Below the pieces are notes generated by a model. The model ran no database searches, was not told the origin of the DNA, and was given only the letters and a program-made list of their open reading frames with translations. A stretch of DNA of 55,128 bases, filler included, from Sphacelaria rigidula (Eukaryota): assembly GCA_964200075.2 (NCBI GenBank). It is 5 parts of 5 records of this genome, joined end to end, with 100 filler letters (N's around TTAATTAATTAA, not from the genome) between each part and the next. Parts side by side here need not be neighbours in the genome. Positions count along the whole stretch, not along the records: positions 1 to 10,946 come from CAXNAA020005640.1; 4 more parts are not named here. One strand, 5' to 3'. Positions 1 to 10,612 of the stretch are shown here, in pieces; the first letter of the stretch is position 1; the number at the start of each line of letters is the position of its first letter. The position numbers and the translations under genes are program-made.

Positions 1-170
1 AGCAACGGTTGTTTTAACAGGCCTGTGGTGGAGCAATAACGCTCATCCATACTGTCTGACACCGTTTGGGATCAAATACAAGCGTAACGCAAGTGTGGAA
101 GGATGACCGACACACATATGAGCCTCGTTTCTCGTGCAACCAAATACCCCCCCCTATCGTAGGGTGACTC
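1..170. mobile_element. MITE family A, right part (truncated by window start)
   Basis: Similar to 33566-33735 and 43696-43864. Ends in CCCCCCCTATCGTAGGGTGACTC, the inverted complement of the GAGTCATCCTA(C/T)GATAGGGGGGG left end of those copies. Confidence 0.8.
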
Positions 171-2284
171 TGATGCAGTTGCAAAGGGCAATGCTATGTT
201 GTCCTCAGCCATCGTGTTACCGTTACGATAGTCTACCGGTGAGACAGGCGACCCTGTGATTGTTAAATGCGGGGTATCACGACATATGGACACTCAATTA
301 TTCCAAAACTGGGTCGTGACCTTAAATTATACCCTCTACAGACTACCGGTTGATTGAGTTGTTACTGCGCTTACGAGGAGGGCGGTATATAATGACTGTA
401 TTGACTGTTCACAGCCCAGTACGAGAATATCGCTCAACTCCTTGACTCTGTATTCAATCTAGTAATGCAAATGTAGTGTGCTTTTCAAGGAAGAACAAAA
501 AGGGTCCTTTGGGATTTTAGCTATTATACTAGGTGGTACTGTATTATTGATCGATTTGCGCACACGATGCGGGGCAATTGAGAGAGTTTGGAGAAACTTA
601 TCATGGGCGTACACCACATCAAGCAGACCCATGATGATTGAGTGATTGTACGGTGGTTTGATATCACTGCATGTGATTAGCTTCACGACGCAAGCACTGT
701 AATAAGACCGGTAGTCGGGACCGGATGTTCCAGTTCATTCACTGAAGCCAGCTACGCTTAGAATGTGTTGTTATTTCAAATCATTACGTGCAGCCACAAA
801 GCCGCCGCGTGTTGTTATCTGTCTTGAACCAGCAGTTTTAGAATGCTGCCTCGTGTTGAGTAGGGTGTTGAGGAGGATTGCGGTTAGCTTTTAGACAACG
901 AGAGCAGGTCATCTGTTGAATGAACATCAATTTCACGCAGTGGTGTAGAATGTCTGCGTCTTTAACTAAAACGCGTTGTGACTTGTCTACAGTGAATCTC
1001 TAGTGAATCATTCATTACCCAGGTTACCACACATGAGGCATTTACCCTACCTCCTGGTCAGGGGGGGTAAACACTGATAGTCGGAATGCTTATTGTCAAG
1101 AAAATGGAAGTAACCTCAACGTGGTTTTCACTGCCAGGATAGCTTGAGGCTGTGGGATATATTTCTATGATGTTGAATAGACCAGACCCAACGGTGTATT
1201 GTAGTTAGTTCATGGCTTTAAATACATGAAAGGATCGTATCCAAATGTACTCAAACACTGACCATAATCTTGTTTTCTCTTCCGCAATATTGATTCGACG
1301 ATTCCTGGGGAGGCGAATTATCTATCCAGCAGTCATGGATCCCCTAAGTCTTCCACCCATGGCTGCGTTGATCACCTCAACACTGCCGCAATTGGGCAAC
1401 TACTGAGAGTGTTGCAAGCCAAAAGACCTGCACAAGGCTACCCGACGAACGTTACCCCCCCGATTCCCGTTGTCTGTCTACTCTGCACGCGCTGGCGACC
1501 AACTACAAGAGTTGATTGTCTAATCGGGCATGTTTTGACCACCTTCAGGTTCTTCTGAATGGGGCTTCTGGTCTTGAGGGTCTACGGCCTTCACGCATCA
1601 TTTTGCCGAAATATATATCAAAGAGAAACCGACAGAGTGGTTGGCTGGTGCTGAATAACGAGAGTAATAATTGAGGAAATTATGCACTTTGCTAGAATGT
1701 AAGCCAGACAACGTGTGAATGAATTGGAAAATTCGTGTGATTTCGTAGTATGAGTGCGTTCTACAATAGGCTCACCCACAAACAGGCAGGAAATTACTAC
1801 ATACAGGAAATGAAGGAGGGCGGAGGTCCAAGATAGCAAGACCGTGCTTGTTCGAACAGATTTATGGGAGCCATATTTTTCCCCGCGTGCTCTTCCAGCT
1901 TGACAGGAGGCCGAAGCCTCGGAGAACATCCTTGATTATTCCCCATTTAGGGAAATCCGAGCCGAATGCTCACATGAACCCGTCCCGCGCGATCAATTTT
2001 TTTGTCATGCTTTCCTGCTTTCCGGTTTCCCCTTGTTCACCTTCCCTTTCTGCTTTCCACTCTTGTACCATGATGGAAAATTGAGGCTGTCAGTTTTATC
2101 CCGTTTCACTGTTGATGGGTTAAGGACGTTTCTCACCCCATTCTGCCCAACGCGCCCACGAGACGGTGAGGTACTGTGTCGATATTATGAAATACGTTTG
2201 ACTGATGTTATTATATCCATGTGGCATATGTGTGCAGGTTATCGTTTCAAGTACCGAATAGCCAACTCGAAAATCGGCAAAAGG

Positions 2285-4537
2285 ATGAGCGGAAACCCCC
2301 TGAACCCGCAAGCCCAACCCTTCTACCCATCCGGGTCGAGTCAACAGCCTCCAGTGCAAGCCCCTCAGCAGCAGCAACCTTTTCGTCCCGGTTCAGCAAC
2401 AACAGGCTGTTGCACCCCCTCAGCAACAGTTTGTTGGACCTGTTCAGCAACAGCAGGCTGTCGCACCCTCTCAGCAACAGTTTGTTGGACCTGTTCAGCA
2501 ACAGCAGGCTGCCGTACCCTCTCAGCAACAGTTTGTTGGACCTGTTCAGCAACAGCAGGCTGCCGTACCCCCTCAGAAGCAGGCTGTTGGACCGCTTCCG
2601 CAGCAACAGGTGGCCGCACATCCTCATCAGCAGGTTCTGCAACGGCAACAGCAAGGGCACTTTGGCCCGATGCCTCAGCATGTCCCGCCGTCTGTTCTTC
2701 CGCCTATTCAGCCGGCAATGCCAGTTTCTGTGCCTCAGGGGGCTCATCCAGCCCCGGCCGCTGGAAATTTCACTCATTCCCAGCTGCCACCTCCACCGCC
2801 GGTGCCCCCACAGTGCCGCTCGAGGTTTACGGTCGCGCCAGACTCGGTTAGTCTTTACTGCAGTCCGTTCTACGGATCTCTCAATCTCTCTGGTGTAACC
2901 CCGGCAGCCCAATCTAGGCTGGATGGGCTGACTCCGTATGGGGCCACGTACCCTCGTGTTCCCGCACCATACCCATCTGATCACAACTGGTCGGCTGTAC
3001 TGAAACACCAGCAAGCGATGTCCCGTCAAGCAAACACTTTGGCCAAGCTTCTCGGTTCCAAAGACACCGACACCATCGTTTACAAGGGACGGTCTGTAGA
3101 TCACAATGCAGAACTAACTTATCATAACTCCGCGGTCTTGTTTGCAAACCATTTTCGTACCACGCTCGTGGCGTATGAAGGGGGGAACTGAAGGGTCCCT
3201 ACTGATGCACACGTGACCAGTAAGCCGCTGAAACCACAAGCGGATCAGTACACAGATAGACGCAGGGATCTTCTGATGCGTGTAATGCTGCCTACTTCCG
3301 CGACGTATACGGAGATGACAAGTTGGAGGGAGAACCAGATCTCGGTACCTGGCGTAACAGGAAATTTCATACACGTACGTTTTGGAGACGTAACTGCTCT
3401 GGAGTGGCTCCGGAAGCTAGTAGCAGAAGAAGCGAGGATGGGTGTAAGCCATGCACAGACTGCACTGCACAACATGAAACTACTCAAGAATGAGAGTTAT
3501 GTAGCAGCCGCTCATCGGGTGATACTGTTAACTATGGCGGCCACGGTTTCTTCAACCTCTCCACACCTCGCAGAGGAGGAACACTTCTGGAGGACAGCCT
3601 CGGAAGTTTTGGTCTTACAGATGTGCAGCACTTTCCATAAGTTGGTAATCCCCGACCAGACTGCACAGATCGTATCACATACGTTACTACAAACACCCAA
3701 CAAAGCCTTAGAGGACGACATCCGATCCTTACCAGTTCACCATGGAGACCCGTGCAGCCCCGATATGAAGGAGCGAGGGCACCGCACGTATCATATATAT
3801 ATAGTGAACTTGTATCGGCCATTCAACGTCACTGTGAATGTTCTAGAACATCTACTGAGGCGATGAACAGTATTACTGCAGCATTAACACGCCCCGCACC
3901 CAAGCCCATATACGCGGGGTTGGTAGAAGTTAAGAAGCGACTCATGCAAGATGCAGAGGAAGAGAACCAAGGGCAAGACTTCGCCTCCGCTGCTGCCTTC
4001 AGCAACCAAGAGGCGTCAACACCACGAGGCGGCACGCCTTTCGGGACATCCTCATCTACTCGTGGAGCACAGAAGCGCCCGTGGGAAGAATCAGCTAAGC
4101 CCACCAAGTGTGTCAATTTTGACACGCGAGGAAAAGCACCGGCGACCGGGTTCCTCCCTGCCCGCAATGCGCCCAAGGGGGAGCGCGACATCGCCATCCG
4201 TTTGCTGGGGGGGTGTTTCAACCACGCATATGGACGAGACTGCAGCAGCAAGGACTCAGAGGACGGCTGCAATTACTCCCTTGATCAAGATCGAACTCCC
4301 TTCGGTCATTACAAGCAACCGGAGCAGAAACAAGCAAAGCCCAAGACGAAGAGGGACAGGCTGATGAGCCTACGACTGGGGGAGTTGTTCGGGTTGATTG
4401 ACAGCCAGTACGAAGATCGGGGGTTCAACCACGGGCTGGACAAACCAGAAAGCGGCGACGACAGCGGCGACGACGAGGAGGGAGTCGAGATGGTTGATGC
4501 ACTGAGCAACCGTTTCGACGCCACAAGCGAGGAATGA
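2285..4537 (+). pseudogene. gag: gag-like ORF (disrupted)
   Basis: ATG at 2285 (MSGNPLNPQAQPFYPS). Frameshift near 2385 into the Q/P-rich repeat frame (continues as ORF 2610-3191), in-frame TGA at 3189-3191, ORF 3213-3866, then a frameshift near 3795 into ORF 3752-4537. Lies directly upstream of the protease. Assigned mainly by position; no capsid motif recognised. Confidence 0.65.
2391..2594 (+). repeat. Four tandem 51-bp units encoding about VQQQQAVAPPQQQFVGP
   Basis: Units start at 2391, 2442, 2493 and 2544 (gttcagcaac..ttggacct), in frame with ORF 2610-3191. Confidence 0.95.
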
Positions 4538-4543
4538 GGGTGA

Positions 4544-7500
4544 GCCCTGGGACCGCAGTCCCCGGGGGACAGCGTGTACGTAGATAGTTTATCAGCAGTA
4601 AAGGGTGGCGATGCACAGCAACTGTGGGTGCAAGCTAGAGTTTGGCACCACAGCAAAAGTAGCCACGGCTTACCAGTAACGGTGTTACTGGACACCGGGG
4701 CGGGGGGGGAGGGGGTAGCTATGCATCGAAGCAGTGGTGGAAGTCGTTGGTGACGTGGGGTAATATCACAGGCAAGCTGCAGCGACAGGGAGCAGGAGTT
4801 TTGAGGGCAGCGAACTCTAGTGACAGCCGGACGCCACCGATGAAGATTCTAGGGTCAATGGTAATCCCGATTCGGTTCCACGCAAAGGATAGAATAAGGA
4901 AAGTATGGGTCAGGGTGGTCGATGGATTGCCGTACGGATTTATTTTGGGGGCAAGTTTCTTTAGAAGGAACAAGAGTACACTGTCTTTTGAAGGTCGATC
5001 AGGATTTCGACCTTCGCCGAAGGCTCCGTGGGTAAGGTTCGTGTCTAATGGTTCACCAAAACTCGGAGCTGTTGACACCGATGACCTCAACGGCCAAGGA
5101 GATTTGGCAAGGTGGAATCTCTTCTGTGCTGTCAAGCCAAGAGCGCTCAGTGACGATCCGACGGGGGTGTTGTCGGAAGAGAGCGATCTGGCAGCATGGG
5201 ATGAGGTGTGGAAGAGCCTTGGAACGGCGTGGGAAGACGACGCTACACTTCAGTGGCTTATGCGGCTGACCGAGGACGCAAGGGTAGAAGACTTCGTTAG
5301 CGAGCTAGTTCCAGGCTATGTGCGAGGTCCTCAACCGCAGGAACGGCAACTCGTGTTGATCGAACCTCGAAAGTTGTTCGATTTAGATGAGGAAGCCGAG
5401 ATAGGGGTAGCCAGGGGAGTGCAGTGGTGGGACCCACAGTTACCGTTAGTATGTAAGGTGGTCAACACGGCCAAGAGTGCTCGCCTAGTGAAGAAATGCA
5501 TAGTAGTGGCGAAGGTGGTGGCCGTGAATGTTCGAGATCGCAAGCGGTTGCAAAATCTTCATGTGTCCGACACGGGTACCACGCTGAAGTCGAGGCTGGA
5601 GGATCGAGGGACTACGCCAGCCCCTCCCCAACCGCCGCCGGAATCAACGAAAGTGGAGAAGGACACAACTGGAGCCGCAGGAGTAGATCTCACGGAGGCG
5701 AACATGGCCAGTTGGGTCCGGTGCAGAAGACCCAGCTGTTATCCGTGTTGAGAGACTTCAACCAAGCAGATCTGTTCGCGGTGGACCCCAAGCGGGTGAG
5801 AGCAGCGCGTGGGGAGCCATTGCATCTACGACTGAAAGATCCCCGGTGCCGACCATTCGCTGCTGGTACCAGACGATACTCGCCGGAACAAGAAACTGCT
5901 ATACAAGACGAGATCCAGAAACTCGCGGAGCGGGGGATCATTGAGCCGTCGACGTCCGCATGGGCAGCTGCTTGCGTCACGGTGCGGAAGAAGGACGGTA
6001 GTTTAGGGTTGTCTCAGGATTATCGTGGACTAAACGAACTTCTCGAGTCGTATAGTGGTGGTTTGGGGGATATGCAGACCATGTATAGTGGCCTAGCGGG
6101 ATCCAAGTACTTTACGAGTGTGGATTTAGCGAGTGGGTTTTTCCAGTTGGAAGTGGCGAAAGAAGACCGACACCTTACCGCCTTTCGCGATGCAAGGGGA
6201 CACTTATGGCAATATCAACGCTGTGGATTCGGACTCAAGGTACTACCCGCGACATTCCACCGAACAGTATCTGAAGCGTTGTTGTCGGCGCGAGGTGTCA
6301 AGAACTGGTTGGATGATATCTTGTGGCCTAGTGCGACTTTCGCCAGCCACATCACGGGGTTGAGAGTTGTGCTCTATTGCTTGCTGAAGGCTGGCCTCAC
6401 TGTGAATTTCCAGAAATCACAATGGTGCACTCAGCAACAGGACTTCGTAGGGATGACGATCGACGCGTCGGGAATACGACCTTCCCAGTCTAAGATTGAA
6501 GCCATCGCCCGGTTGAGGGAGCCACAGGGGGTAGAAGAGCTAAGGTCGTTCCTAGGTATGACTGGATATCTGCGGAGGTACATGAAGGGGGTACAGTAAC
6601 ACGGCAGCACCGCTCACGGACTTGCTGCGTGACCCGAGGTTCGCTTCCAAGCGAGCACGGAGGATGAAGATTCCGTGGGGAGAACAGCAGCAACAAGCAT
6701 TCCTAGACTTGAAGAGCGCTCTGATGTCATATCCGATCTTGGCGTACCCGGATTGGAATGAACGGTTTGTGCTACATTCAGACGCTTCAGAGTTCGCAGC
6801 AGGGGCCGCCCTGTCCCAAGAGGCGGATGAGAGGGAATGGGTCATCGAATACGCTAGTCATAGATGGTCGCGAGCAGATGAAGAAAGATCAGCATCAGAG
6901 AGAGAAGTGGTTGCTGTTTTGTGGTCCGTGGAACGATTCAAATCGTACCTTTGGGGGCGAGAGTTTACGCTGGTTACGGATTGCAGTGCGTTGACATGGC
7001 TGTTTCGTAGTCAGAACTTGTCGCCTAAGTTCCACCGGTGGGCGCTAAGATTGATGGAGTATGATATGGTCCTCAAGTGGAGAGCTGGACGCGAACACCA
7101 GTTGCCGGATGCCCTGTCTCGGCTGCAAGGGAGCCAACCTCGGGGAAGTGACATTGACGTGTCATTCCCTGACGATGATACCGAAGCTGGACCCGGCGGA
7201 GGAGGAGGACCGCAAGGACTCAAACTGGACGGAATGTTGTTAAAGGAGTTGGAGGCGGAGTACCCGAAGGAATCCGCGGATGTGATGGCATTGGCGTTTA
7301 AGGAGGTCAGCGCGTTGTATCCACCGGAAACGAGGAACGGGGTTGACCCAGAGAACACTGTGGCAGGATCGGTCAAGCAACGACCCCCTGCTTTGATTGT
7401 ACATTGTGGAGGCGGGGGAAGCATTCTTGCCGCACAGAAGTTCTTGAAGGTGGTGGCAGCTACTGATACAAATTGGAAGGCGCTTGATTGTGTCAGAATG

Positions 7501-10337
7501 AACCAAATTGTGAGGGGAGTGAAGCTGTTACGTACGACTCCAGGGCGCCCTTCTTTCCACAATTTGGTGGAAGAGGTGCAACCAGGAGTGCTGGTAGGAG
7601 ATACCACTAGGGTTACTTCCGTTGATAATAGTGCGGGAGAGTTGGAATCGGCAGATGGTGTCCGAGAATTGGTCGAGTCATTCCTCTCCTCAGTCCCGAC
7701 GACAACACTGATCTTGAAAAGTACGGGTGTGATGGTACACTCTCCGGGTTGGACGGAGAGCGTAGCCCCGTTGCTGCACAAAGCCGGATGCTGCGTTGAG
7801 CAGGCTTCTATCTCAGCCGTGCAGGTGGGTCCCCGTACAGGAAGCGACGGACCTATGTGGTCGCTCTGAAGGCTGGCAGGCAGGTGGAAGAATCACTACG
7901 AGCATGGAGGCAGCGAGTGGAAGCGTATGCTATTACCTGCCCCTCGTTGGGCCAGCTCTTGGGGCGAACCGGCACCTATTTCTTGGAGCCTACGGGGCAA
8001 GGCAAGGCTATTCATAGTTTCGATGATCCGATGCCCAGGTTAACTCGTTCTCGGCTGATGAAAGGGAAACCTCGGCGCGACGACTTTACACCCCACGAGG
8101 CGGACGCGGGGGTATGGGAGGAAGCAGTAGAGTTGAAAAGAGTCGACTTCGTCAGAGTCGCGACCACCCTCGACCACTACGAGACTCCACCAACGGTGAA
8201 CCCCGATGCTATGCTAGATCTTGAGGCTAATTTCGTTCATCCGTGGATGTTAGGGGTAGTCTTATCAAGCTTGGAAGCGGAAGGTTTGTTAAGCTTGACT
8301 CGGATTAAGAGTGAGGACGTAGGTTTAAATGCACCAGCTGCTATATGGCCGCATGAAGATGAGTTGCCAGAGACGTGGGGAGCCGCAGTAACTCGCTCTT
8401 CGGTTTCCGAAGCGGAACATAAGTTGGACCAGGACTTTGGTGGGGGGGAGGCCTCGGCTGGGGAACCAGTACCAGGTAAAGGTAAACCCAGAACCGTTCT
8501 CGAACAAACGCGGGCGATCCTGATGGACAAATCACAACTCGTGTCATAACAAGAGCGGGACTTCCGTCTGGGACCCATCAAGGATAGGTTGAGAAAGGAG
8601 TCTAAGGATGAAGGAGCTAGCAAGAGACGGGATGCGTATGTGCTAGATGAGAATGATCTTATATGGCATACCTCCCCTAAGGAGCCAGCCAAGTTGGCTA
8701 TCCCACGCAGCTTAGTGCCAGGGTTGCTGGCGTGGGTGCACACTACGCATGGGCACGCTGGAGTGATGAGGACGACTGCCGTAGTCAACGCACGGTACGA
8801 ATGGCCTGGTCTTTTTGTTGATATTCGCAAATACGTGTTATCTTGTGGATGTCGTCGACGCAAGCGTACCAACAGTTACACCCTAGCGATGCGGCCTGCT
8901 CGATTTCTGCGAGCATGGGAGGTGTGAGAGATGGACATATCGGGCATGAAGCAGGTTTCTGCCTCAGGTAACAGGTATTTGTTGATCATCGTGGACCGAG
9001 CAACCAAGTTTCTCTTTGCTTCCCCATTGGCTGCCAAGATCGCGGTACCCGTGGCGAAATGTCTACTGAAGCTCTTCTTGACGTTTGGGGTACCCTACAT
9101 TTTGAGGAGTGACGCTGGGGGGGAGTTCACGTCGGAGGTAGTGAACCATATATGCCAGTGGATGAAGGTGAAACTGGACCATGGTCCGGCAGAGCACCCT
9201 CGGGGTCAAGGCACGGTAGAGAGGGACGGAGGATGGTTGCACGACGTTCTGGCCGAGCTTTGTAAGCAATGGTCGAAATGGTGGGATGAGTGCGTAGACC
9301 CCGCTGTGTGGGTTCACCGTACTACTCCCGATCCTTCATTACCTAATAACCCGACTCCATTCAAGCTACCTTTTGGGCGCGAACTACGCACCCAAATAGA
9401 CGTTGTGTCACCTGAAGCGGAGTCTCCACCGTTGAACAACATGGTGGAACAACAACGCCAAAACCTGAAGGAAGTTCACGAGCTGCTGATCCAACGCCAC
9501 AAGCAAAGGGAAGAGGTAGGATTGGCTAGAAATGCCGAGCTGAGTCGCCAATCGGTGGGGTCGCGAGCTCAGGTAGGAGATTTGCTATTAATAAAGGAGT
9601 CCGACAGCTCCCTTGTACACGAGGATGTGCCGACTAAACTCGTGCACGACTTGTGGACGGGACCATGGACGGTGCAGCAAGTGGTGATACCCGGTCTCAG
9701 CCTTAAGGTCAGTATGCAGGGACGCAAAGTACGAGAACGGACGGTGTCGGCAGCCAATGTGAAGAAATTTCATGTGCGCCCTGAACAGCTGCGACACCCG
9801 TTTCCGGACGAGTACTCTCAGTTAGCATGGGGGGCTGATCTGGGTTTGGCTGAGGGGATCGAGGTCGTCCCACAGCCGTACACATTGACAAATAGGAAAG
9901 TGGTGCTAGGAGCAGGATCGTCATGGGAGTGGGCCTATCGAGGGTTATTTCATGACGGAGCTGAATCTCATTGGCTTTCTAAGGAGGAAGTGTCGGACAG
10001 TTTCACTGGGTTGCAGCTGGACGTATTTCATGCTTTGTGGGAACTATATCACCCGCAAGCCAAACCACGCCCATCTGTTACGCCATCTCGAGCGGAAAGA
10101 GACTCTATTGCTCGGGATGAAGCTTTACGACAGATTCCTCGAGGGACTAAAATCCGTAAACAGTTCGTAGACAACTAAGGTGAGCAGCAGGAGTTCGACG
10201 GAGAGGTGTTCGATTTCCGTCAACCGTATTACCGTATCAAGTATGAGGATGGAGACTGGGAAGAGATGACGCCGTTGGAGGTGCGACAATATACGGTGAA
10301 TGGGCAAGATACCGGAACAGTTTCAGGGTCTAACTGA
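4544..10337 (+). pseudogene. pol: pol polyprotein (PR, dUTPase-like, RT, RNase H, DNMT-like, IN, chromo-like, Tudor-like), disrupted
   Basis: Joined from ORFs 4747-5751, 5496-6599, 6622-7869, 7857-8549, 8589-8927, 8931-10178 and the in-frame continuation to TGA 10335-10337. Frameshifts near 4705 (G run), 5705, 6590 (G run) and 7830. In-frame stops at 8547, 8925 and 10176. Protease D-T-G at 4691-4699, RT WLDD at 6306-6317. Confidence 0.93.
7381..8280 (+). other. C5-cytosine DNA methyltransferase-like domain inside pol, catalytic residues degenerate
   Basis: Motif-like segments in canonical order: I LIVHCGGGGS, II VVAATDTNWKALDCVRMN, IV position PGVLVGDTT, VI position TLILKST, VIII LHKAGCCVEQASISAVQVG/PYRKRRTYVVALK, IX ELKRVDFVRVATTLDHY, X LEANFVHPWMLGVVL. 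Confidence 0.72.
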
Positions 10338-10603
10338 TGGAGAAGAGACCGTTCCTGCACGGTGTTTAAATTCCCTGCGTGGTCTAACCCGGCACAGCAG
10401 TCAACAATACAGCGGACTCCCCCCGAGCGGGATGGAATCGTTCCTGCGCGGTATGGAAGTGCCCTACGCGGTCTAATTAGCAGAACGGTTATTCAGATCG
10501 ACGGCTACACCAAGACGCCGGGTACTCTGGAAGAGGGACATGGTATCGCGGCGATCCATCGTGTAAACCACGTTCAGTCCCAGGGTTTTTCAATCCCAGG
10601 ACT

Positions 10604-10612
10604 GAGGGGGGG
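10604..10612 (+). promoter_or_regulatory. Polypurine tract of the retrotransposon
   Basis: GAGGGGGGG immediately followed by TGTTACGG, about 270 bp after the pol stop. Confidence 0.75.

Noticed and set aside
171-1620. Possible decayed minus-strand coding region
   Set aside because: Only short stop-interrupted ORFs, with no motif I could assign.
2391-2594. Regularly spaced repeats resembling a CRISPR array
   Set aside because: The 51-bp units are contiguous with no unique spacers, keep the gag frame, and there are no cas genes in this eukaryotic DNA.
7011-8872. Long antisense ORFs over pol (also over gag and the large HSF exon)
   Set aside because: Shadow ORFs of GC-rich coding sequence with no independent motifs.
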